Below are positions 34,052 to 40,718 of a DNA stretch of 40,718 nt, piece after piece. The notes beneath the pieces were generated by a model. It did not search any database and was not told where the DNA came from. It saw only the letters and a list, made by a program, of their open reading frames with translations. The DNA is taken from contig CALSNU010000008.1 of assembly GCA_943787795.1 (NCBI GenBank), positions 1 to 40,718 on the forward strand, written 5' to 3'. This stretch comes from an uncultured bacterium. GTDB lineage: Bacteria; Planctomycetota; UBA1135; GCA-002686595. The number at the start of each line of letters is the position of its first letter. The first letter of the stretch is position 1. The translations under genes were made by a program, and so were the position numbers.

Positions 34052-34888
34052 ATGAAGCGATCCCTGACCCCTCGAAGTCTCCCCTGCGCCATCCTGACCT
34101 TCAGCGCCCTCGGCTGCGCATCCGCGCCGGGCCATCACCCGCTGACGATGGCGACGATGTACGCGCAGTCCGCCGAGTATGCGGCCGCGTCGCGCTCGGT
34201 CTACGCGGCGGCCCGCGTCCAGCTCGACGACGCCCTCGCTGACCCGGACTGGTCGGCCGCGCTCGAGCAGGGCGTCGACTTCGCAGGCAAGCCACCGGCG
34301 ATCGTGCTCGATGTCGACGAGACGGTGCTCGACAATTCGCCGTACGAGGCGCGGCTGATCGAGGACGGCGCGAGCTACCCCTCGGGATGGGATGCGTGGT
34401 GCAACGAAGGGGTCGCCGATCCCGTGCCTGGGGCGCTCGCGCTCACGAAGTATGCGGCGGAGCGGGGGGTCACTGTCTTCTACCTGACGAACCGCAAGGC
34501 GCACCTCGAGGAGGGCACCTACCGCAACCTGGTGGCCCGGGGGTTCCCGGTCGACGGAGGACTCGACGCGCTGCTGATGGCGGACGAGCGGCCCGATTGG
34601 ACGTCCAACAAGTCGAGCCGCCGTCAGCATCTCTCGGCCACGCACCGCATCGTCATGATGTTCGGCGACAACCTCGGAGACTTCGTGGCGCGGGACGAGG
34701 CTCGCGGCACGCCTGCGGAGCGTGAGGGAGTCATGGCGCGCCACGGGGAGTGGTGGGGCACGCGCTGGTTCATGGTCCCGAACGCGATGTACGGCTACTG
34801 GGACGGAGCGGTGCTCGACTACGACTATGCACGTGGCGAGGCTGAACTCGACCGGCTGCGGCTGAACGCGCTCGAACAGAAGCGCTGA
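34052..34888 (+). CDS. Class C acid phosphatase / 5'-nucleotidase lipoprotein e(P4) family (HAD)
   Basis: Lipobox ALG-C, LDVDETVLDNSPY, FYLTNR, K.SRR, FGDNLGDF, PNAMYGYW. Confidence 0.92.
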   Translation: MKRSLTPRSLPCAILTFSALGCASAPGHHPLTMATMYAQSAEYAAASRSVYAAARVQLDDALADPDWSAALEQGVDFAGKPPAIVLDVDETVLDNSPYEARLIEDGASYPSGWDAWCNEGVADPVPGALALTKYAAERGVTVFYLTNRKAHLEEGTYRNLVARGFPVDGGLDALLMADERPDWTSNKSSRRQHLSATHRIVMMFGDNLGDFVARDEARGTPAEREGVMARHGEWWGTRWFMVPNAMYGYWDGAVLDYDYARGEAELDRLRLNALEQKR

Positions 34889-35359
34889 GGCACCCCGCGG
34901 CCCCGCCGACCCACACCCGTTTCCAGTCGCTGTGCCGATGCGAAGGCGTTGCACGGAAGGTCGGGCGCCCTGGGCTGTTGGGGCGCCCTGGGCTGTTGGG
35001 GAGGCTGAGAGCGGCAGGGGTGCGCTCGGTGCCTCTCCCAATCACCCGGAGATCCGCCTCGCTTCGTGGCTGGGGAGGACTTCACCGGTGGTAAGCCGAA
35101 GACGCCCGTGCCCGTGCTCGTGTCCGTGTCCGTGCCAGGGCCATCCCACGCCGCGCCATTCGTCCAGAGCTCCGGCCTCACCGGCCGGGGCATTCGTCTT
35201 CATGCGTCGTCTGCGCATTCGAGGCCCGGCCGCACACGGGGAGTCCTGCGGGGGGCGACTGTCCCTCGGGTCGACTCCCGTGGTACCGTCCGTCCTCAAT
35301 GGATGGGCTCCAGCGTCTGCTAGCCTCGCGCTCTATCCCCTCGGCCTCTGCGCCGCACG

Positions 35360-37753
35360 ATGACGATGACGCCCGACGCCGCACGAACACTGACGGTGGC
35401 CAGCCGCGGCCCCATCCGCGTCCCCAGTCGCGTCCCCAACGGCGGCCTCACGCGGGGCCTCACGCGAGGCCTCACGCGGGGCCTTGCGCTGGTACTCGCC
35501 GGCCTCCTCGGTGCCTGCTCGGGGAGCGAGGATCCGCAGGGGGACGCGCCGGCCGGGGCACCCCAGGGCAGGCTCCGGCTGCAGCTCGATGGGCCGGCTC
35601 CGATCGCGGAGGCTCCGCGGACGGTCTGGCAGACCAGCGCGGCCGAGGACACGGATAGGTGGTGGTCGGACGCCGCACGCTCGACGGCGCTGGAGAAGGA
35701 CGGCGACCGAGGCCCGAGGGTTCGCTTCGAGGACCCCGACGCGTTCGCCGTCCTGCTGCCCGGCCCGTTTGATCCACGCACCTTCAACCGCCTGCTGCTC
35801 ACTCTGGATCTCAACAGGGTCGAGTACCTGGAGCTCTCGCTCCGCCGAGAGGGCGCGAAGAGCTTTGTGCTCAAGGGACGCGAGCTCTATCCCGACGAGC
35901 GCACGCAGGTGATCGACCTGGCAGGCCTCCCTCGCGATGCGGGCCCGTTTGACGACCTCTTGCTGGTGTTCGCTGGCGCCTCGGGCTACGTCGAGCTTGA
36001 GCGCTGCGAGCTCGTGAACTGCCCCGTCACCACGTACCTGCCACCGTCCGCTGCACCGACCTCCATCCGGATCGGGACCGATCACCGCCCCGGTCTGGGA
36101 GTGTTCCCCGGGGCCCCTGCGGTTGCGAGGTTCGTCCCACGGGATGGGGAGCGGCTCGAGCTCGCGCTCGGCGTCCCTGCACTCGCGGCGGGGGGAGGCG
36201 GTCGAGTCAGCGTCACCATCGGCGGGTCTGGGGGAGTGGAGCGGCAAGATCGGACGATCGAGGAGCTGCGGGGGACCTGGGACCAGCTCGTCTTCCCCCT
36301 CCGGTCATTCGTCGGTGAGAGCGTCGAGGTGCGCGTCGAGATCCTGGACCCGCCAGCAGGGGAGCTCGTCGGCGTTGCGGTCTCGAGTCCACGTAGGGTC
36401 CAGCGAAGACCCGAGGCTCCGACCGTCCTGCTGGTCACGTCCGACACCCATCGAGCCGACCATGTGGGCGCTGCAGGTGCCGGAGTGGATGTGCGCACCG
36501 AGACGCTCGACGAGATCGCCGCGACGGGTGTGCTCTTCCTCGACGCCATGAGCGTCTCCAACGTCACGGTCCCATCGCACGCCTCGATCCTCACCGGACT
36601 ACCGCCAGCGCAGACCGGAGTGCTCGGTAACCTCGACTCACTCGCGTCCGAGGCGGTGACGATCGCGGAACGCTTCAGCGAGGCGGGCTATACCTGCATG
36701 GCGTCCGTCAGCACGGTGCTCCTGGCGCCGGACACCAGCGGACTCGGTCAGGGGTTCGACCGCTTCGACCGACCTCTTGAGGGCCAGCGAGATTCGGTTC
36801 GGACGATCCGAAACCTCGCGGCCTGGCTCCCTGAGGTCACGGATCAGCCGCTCTTTGTCTGGCTGCACCTCTACGACGCGCATACGCCCTACGATCCGCG
36901 CCCGCGGTTTCGGTCTCATTACCCCGCAGACCGTGACCCACGCTCAGCGGACTTGCCCGAGCTTCCCGCGCACCAGCGGGCGTTCTGGGACCCGTCGATT
37001 CGCGACCGGGCGTACGTCGAGAGCCTCTATCGGAGCGAGGTCGACTACGTCGACTTCCGTCTGGGGAAGCTGCTCGATGCGCACCCGCGGCTCGCGACAG
37101 GGACCATCGCGGTCACCGCGGACCATGGGGAGTCTCTGGGGGAGCAGGACGTCTGGTGGTCCCACGACCTGCTCGACGCGAGCACGCTACGAGTTCCCCT
37201 TCTCCTGCGCTGGCCCGAGGCGGCCTCGGATCGTCGCGGTCGACGTGTGCGAGCTCCGGTGAGCAACGCGCAGCTCGGAGAAGCCCTGCTGGACCTCGCT
37301 GGCCTCCCGGCGGTGGTCGGGGGGGACTCCCTGCTCGCCGCCGCCGAAGAGCGTGTCGGCGCGGGCGCCCCGCGCTTCGCGATCGCCGACGACGGGAAGG
37401 CCTGCTCGATCGAGGCAGAGGGCTGGCTGCTGATCCTGCACCTCGCGGATCAGCAGGTCCCGCCCGGTGGGCCTGTCCTCCGGGAGCGACACCAGGTGAA
37501 CCTCTACAACCTCGGCGCCGACCCGCTCTGTGAGGTGGACCTTGTGGATCGCGAGCGGTCGCAGGCGACACGGCTGCGTCAGGCGCTCATCCGGCACCTT
37601 CGCTCGGCCACGCTGGAGTTCGCCGGGGAGCGCAATGTCTCCGCCGCCTTCCAGGCTGAGCTCGGCGGGCTTGGCTACAGCTCAAGGGGGCGCGCCGCGG
37701 GCACGCTCTTCGACGAGGACTGTGAGTGCGCGCGTTGTCGAGCGCTGCGCTGA
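35360..37753 (+). CDS. Sulfatase-like hydrolase (alkaline phosphatase superfamily) lipoprotein with N-terminal beta domains
   Basis: Lipobox LGA-C, VLLVTSDTHRADH, TVPSHASILTG, FVWLHLYDAHTPY, TADHGESLGE, LRVPLLL. Start approximate. Confidence 0.88.
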   Translation: MTMTPDAARTLTVASRGPIRVPSRVPNGGLTRGLTRGLTRGLALVLAGLLGACSGSEDPQGDAPAGAPQGRLRLQLDGPAPIAEAPRTVWQTSAAEDTDRWWSDAARSTALEKDGDRGPRVRFEDPDAFAVLLPGPFDPRTFNRLLLTLDLNRVEYLELSLRREGAKSFVLKGRELYPDERTQVIDLAGLPRDAGPFDDLLLVFAGASGYVELERCELVNCPVTTYLPPSAAPTSIRIGTDHRPGLGVFPGAPAVARFVPRDGERLELALGVPALAAGGGGRVSVTIGGSGGVERQDRTIEELRGTWDQLVFPLRSFVGESVEVRVEILDPPAGELVGVAVSSPRRVQRRPEAPTVLLVTSDTHRADHVGAAGAGVDVRTETLDEIAATGVLFLDAMSVSNVTVPSHASILTGLPPAQTGVLGNLDSLASEAVTIAERFSEAGYTCMASVSTVLLAPDTSGLGQGFDRFDRPLEGQRDSVRTIRNLAAWLPEVTDQPLFVWLHLYDAHTPYDPRPRFRSHYPADRDPRSADLPELPAHQRAFWDPSIRDRAYVESLYRSEVDYVDFRLGKLLDAHPRLATGTIAVTADHGESLGEQDVWWSHDLLDASTLRVPLLLRWPEAASDRRGRRVRAPVSNAQLGEALLDLAGLPAVVGGDSLLAAAEERVGAGAPRFAIADDGKACSIEAEGWLLILHLADQQVPPGGPVLRERHQVNLYNLGADPLCEVDLVDRERSQATRLRQALIRHLRSATLEFAGERNVSAAFQAELGGLGYSSRGRAAGTLFDEDCECARCRALR

Positions 37754-37896
37754 GTCAAGCGGGTGATGGGGCCTCGTCTCGGGTCGGCGCCAGGTTGACC
37801 TGGGGCGTTGAGCCGTCCGGCGGCACGAGGCCGGCAGAGCCAGCAGGCGAGAGCCCCCGGGTCGCTAGCGGGCCTTCGCCTCTGGCCTTTGGGCGA

Positions 37897-38030
37897 GGCC
37901 CAGTTGGTAGGAACCTGTCGGTATGAACCTGTCGGTGTGACCCGTGCGGTACGAATCGCGCGGTGAGACCCGGGCTGTGGGGCCGATGGGATGGGGCCTG
38001 TGCGGTGAAGTCCACGCGGTGTGAACCCGT
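37897..38030. repeat. Degenerate 14-bp periodic array, ~10 units (consensus about GA(A/C)CNGNGCGGTGN)
   Basis: Units in register at 37897, 37911, 37925, 37939, 37953, 37967, 37981, 37995, 38009 and 38023. Confidence 0.7.
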
Positions 38031-38175
38031 CACCCAGGGTCGACTCTGGACCCGGGCGACGGCGGCTCAGGCGCGCGCGCGACCCCAGTCGCCCGCGCCA
38101 GTTCCCTCCACCCATCCCTGCTCCTGCCGGGCTCTGCGTGCCTGTTCGGTCGAGGGGAAGTGATAGCCTGCGTCC

Positions 38176-38919
38176 ATGGCGCACACTTCTGACCTTTCCC
38201 TCCCGGTGCGGTTGTTCCTCCGCGCCTACCGCTGGCGGCGGATCGACCCTGTCCCGTTCACCGCGTGCACCAAGCCGTTGGAGGAGTGCACGGTGGGGCT
38301 GGTGTCGAGCGCAGGGTTGGTGCTCCCCGGGATGACGCCCTTTGATGGCGCCCTGCGCGGCGGCGACTGCAGCTGGCGCATCATTCCTGGTGATGCGGAC
38401 AGCTCGAAGCTCATGGACGGGCACCGGTCGGACGCCTTTGACCACAGCGGCATGGCCAGCGACCCCGAGCTGGCCTTTCCCATCGCTCGGCTGCGTGAGT
38501 TGGCGGGGGCGGGGGAGGTCGGCGCGGCGGCCCGGCACCACGCATCCTGCATGGGGGCCATCACGGCCACGGGCCGCCTGGTGAAGGAGACGGCGCCTGA
38601 GATCGCCGCGCGGTTCGTGGAGGACCAGGTGGACGTGGCGCTGCTGGTGCCGGTCTGACCCATGTGCAACCAGACTGTGGGTCTGGTCGCCGCCGAGCTC
38701 GAACGGCACGGCATCGTCACCGTGGCGCTCCAGCTCCTGCGCAGCGTGGCGGAGAAGGTGCGCCCGCCCAGGGCGCTGTGCCTCCCGTTCCCCCACGGCT
38801 ACCCCCTGGACACACCTGGGGACGCGGAGCGGCAACGCGCCGTGCTACGGGCCGCGTTGGGGCTGGTCCAGGCGCCTGGGCCCGGGCCAAGGCTCATGGA
38901 GTTCCGGGGCGGCGTTTGA
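38176..38919 (+). CDS. Glycine/betaine/sarcosine/D-proline reductase selenoprotein B (GrdB/PrdB)-like protein, selenocysteine U161 in a UxxC motif
   Basis: KPLEECTVGLVSSAG...GDCSWRII...DPELAFPIARLREL...VDVALLVPV-TGA-PMCNQTVGLVAAELERHGIVTV...PPRAL...PHGYPL. The in-frame TGA at 38656-38658 sits at the family's Sec position and is followed by a hairpin. Confidence 0.9.
38656..38690 (+). promoter_or_regulatory. Putative bacterial SECIS element
   Basis: UGA CCCAUGUGCA ACCAGACU-GUG-GGUCUGGU CGC: 8-bp stem with a GUG loop starting 18 nt after UGA. Confidence 0.8.
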
Positions 38920-39056
38920 GGCCGAGGCGCCAGCCACCTCTATCTGTAGGCGCGAGTGAAAGCGCTGGCGCCCAGGCCCCATGAACTGGGGACCTGGTGC
39001 AAGGCCGCCCGTCCTCGTCGTCGTTCGCCTGTTGGTCGTTGCGATCTCTCGCTGTC

Positions 39057-39150
39057 GGGTCGGCCGGACCGGGCCGGATCGGCCCGAATCGGGTGAGATC
39101 GGGCCGGACCAAATCGGGCCGGACAAAATCGGGCCGGACAAAATCGTGCC
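39057..39150. repeat. Pentamer-based low-complexity repeat including ~3x atcgggccggac(a/c)aa
   Basis: Seen directly in the intergenic sequence before tetR. Confidence 0.8.
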
Positions 39151-39219
39151 GGGATGAGATGGGCGTGGGGCCTCCTCCAGTCGGCGCCGGCGTGGACTCG
39201 GAGACTCCTCAGGTGTTGG

Positions 39220-39248
39220 TTGCTATCCGGAAATGATCAGTTTAGGAT
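39220..39248 (+). promoter_or_regulatory. Sigma70-like promoter TTGCTA-N17-TAGGAT with an overlapping TetR-type operator palindrome
   Basis: -35 at 39220-39225, -10 at 39243-39248. Imperfect palindrome TCCGGAAA-TGATCA-GTTTAGGA at 39226-39247. ATG39256 falls at the expected transcription start. Confidence 0.6.
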
Positions 39249-39255
39249 GGTGCCC

Positions 39256-39846
39256 ATGAGCCCTGGACCCAGCAAGACCTTTGATCCCGACCAGGCCCTT
39301 CTGTTGGCTCGCGACACCTTCTGGCGCCTCGGGTTTGATGGCACGGGCATTAGCGATCTGGAGGTCGAGCTGGGGATTGGCCGCAAGAGCCTCTACGACA
39401 CCTTCGGCAACAAGCGCGAGCTGTACCTGAAGGCGCTCCAGTGCTACGCGGACACGGTGATCCAGAGACTCTGTGAGCGACTTGAGGATCCCAGGGGCAG
39501 CGCCATCGCGAACCTGGAGAGGACCCTGGAGCGTCTGGCGCAGCACCACGGCGCTGGAGAGAGCCTGGGCTGTCTGCTGGGCGTCGCCATGGCCCAGGCG
39601 CAGCACGAGGACGAGGAGCTCGCGCAGCTCATCCGCACCTACCTCAAGCGGCTGGAGCGCGCCCTCGAGCGCGCCCTGCGCCAGGCCCAGCTGGACGGCG
39701 ACGTGCGCAGCGAACTGTCGGCGCGGGACACCGCCCGCAATCTCGTCGCCCTGACCCAGGGCCTGGCCCTCATGGGCCGGGTGAGCGAGAAGCCCGCCAT
39801 GCCCCGCGCGGTCGTGCGTGCCAGCCTCGCTGCTGTGCGCACCTGA
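39256..39846 (+). CDS. TetR/AcrR family regulator (NemR/ComR-like)
   Basis: FDPDQALL.A..TFWRLGFDGTGISDL...GIGRKSLYDTFGNKRELY and GCLLG in the C-terminal domain. Confidence 0.95.
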   Translation: MSPGPSKTFDPDQALLLARDTFWRLGFDGTGISDLEVELGIGRKSLYDTFGNKRELYLKALQCYADTVIQRLCERLEDPRGSAIANLERTLERLAQHHGAGESLGCLLGVAMAQAQHEDEELAQLIRTYLKRLERALERALRQAQLDGDVRSELSARDTARNLVALTQGLALMGRVSEKPAMPRAVVRASLAAVRT

Positions 39847-39895
39847 TGGCGCCCCAGGTGGCGACACAGATGGCGCCCCAGGTGGCGACACAGAT
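39846..39895. repeat. 24-bp direct duplication (atggcgccccaggtggcgacacag) x2 just after the tetR stop
   Basis: Two exact copies followed by a partial third (atcgcgccc). Confidence 0.9.
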
Positions 39896-39911
39896 CGCGC
39901 CCTTCCCGAAC

Positions 39912-40718
39912 ATGATCCACTTCAGCTGCCCCCGGCGACCCAGGTCGCTCACCATCTCCATCCTCGCCGCGCTCTTCATCCTCTTCCTGGGCTCCACGGC
40001 CCGGGGAGGCCAGGCGGACGTTCCTGCGGTCGCGGCCCTCGAGCAAGGGTCCTCCTCCGCGGAGGGCCTGCGCTTCCCGGTCTCCACGGCCCTGGCGGAG
40101 GGGCTCTTGCCCGAGGGGCTCGAGTCCCTCGATGCCCTGGTGGCGCAGCTGGTCGCCGACGACGAGGTGGTGGGGGCCGAGCTGATGGTGATCCGCAACG
40201 GTCGTACGGTGCTCCACAGCGCGCACGGGTGGCGGGACCGCGAGGGGGCCCTGCCCATGGAGACGGGGTCGCTCTTTTGCGTGCGGTCCATGACCAAGCC
40301 CCTGGTGGGCGTCGCGATCCACCAGCTGGTGGAGGACAAGGCGCTCAAGCTGAGGGACCGGGTCGCCGAGTACCTCCCCGCGTTCGACGTCGACGGCAAG
40401 CGTGAGATCACGGTGCAGCAGCTCCTGCAGCACACGAGCGGGCTCCCCATGTCTGAGATCATGACCTCGGATCCGCGCGAGCTGACCAGCATCCGGGCCG
40501 TGGCCGATCTCGGCGGCGCGTCGCAGCTGGAGTTCGAGCCGGGGACGGGGTTCCGGTACAGCGACCAGGGGACGGACACGCTCACCGCGCTGGTCGAGAT
40601 CGTGAGCGGCCAGCCCGCGGAGGCGTTCATTCAGGCGCGGATCCTCGATCCGCTGGGCATGGACGAGAGCCGCTGCTTGCTCACGCCGGAGCACCTGCTC
40701 GATGGGCGCAGCGCGTCC
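39912..40718 (+). CDS. Serine hydrolase, beta-lactamase class C/AmpC-like family (3' end lies outside the window)
   Basis: Missing from the ORF track because there is no stop in the window. ATG39912 MIHFSC..., signal peptide, FCVRSMTKP (SxxK), LLQHTSG, FEPGTGFRYSD, ILDPLGM. Confidence 0.92.
   Translation, partial: MIHFSCPRRPRSLTISILAALFILFLGSTARGGQADVPAVAALEQGSSSAEGLRFPVSTALAEGLLPEGLESLDALVAQLVADDEVVGAELMVIRNGRTVLHSAHGWRDREGALPMETGSLFCVRSMTKPLVGVAIHQLVEDKALKLRDRVAEYLPAFDVDGKREITVQQLLQHTSGLPMSEIMTSDPRELTSIRAVADLGGASQLEFEPGTGFRYSDQGTDTLTALVEIVSGQPAEAFIQARILDPLGMDESRCLLTPEHLLDGRSAS

Noticed and set aside
1..40718. Genome-wide UGA reassignment (Trp or Gly) as the explanation for the in-frame TGAs
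   Set aside because: TGA ends many genes at their expected C-termini (for example ITFQ, VTFQ, YVD, HAQE), Trp is encoded by TGG throughout, and only two internal TGAs occur.
39912..40718. Antibiotic-resistance beta-lactamase
   Set aside because: SxxK, LLxHTSG and YS motifs define the broad serine hydrolase family, most members of which are esterases or peptidases. The gene is also truncated.

Overview
Very GC-rich bacterial window, most likely Planctomycetota (inferred from the DUF1549/DUF1553 cytochrome c + DUF1501 pair, FG-GAP proteins and a shared C-terminal domain). It holds about 35 genes: two convergent secreted proteins with a common C-terminal domain, a CRTAC1/ASPIC-UnbV-like lipoprotein, a formyltransferase, a complete Tad/Flp pilus operon headed by an ECF sigma factor and followed by a MerC-like gene, two ArsR/SmtB regulators, SlyD, a His-rich metal-binding protein, paralogous SnoaL/NTF2-like lipoproteins, a class C acid phosphatase, a sulfatase-like protein, a GrdB/PrdB-like protein, a TetR regulator and a serine hydrolase. 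Main observation: two unrelated genes are each broken by one in-frame TGA followed by a hairpin of the same geometry (GUG apical loop exactly 18 nt after UGA). One belongs to a known selenoprotein type (GrdB/PrdB-like, UxxC). The other is a roughly 962-aa FG-GAP/ASPIC-UnbV/thioredoxin lipoprotein that is a candidate unrecognised selenoprotein. The window also has several single-base frameshifts (possibly sequencing errors), a decayed copy of the 5' part of the GrdB-like gene, and many short intergenic tandem repeats. No rRNA, tRNA, CRISPR array or transposase was seen. All family assignments come from motif recognition by eye, not database searches.
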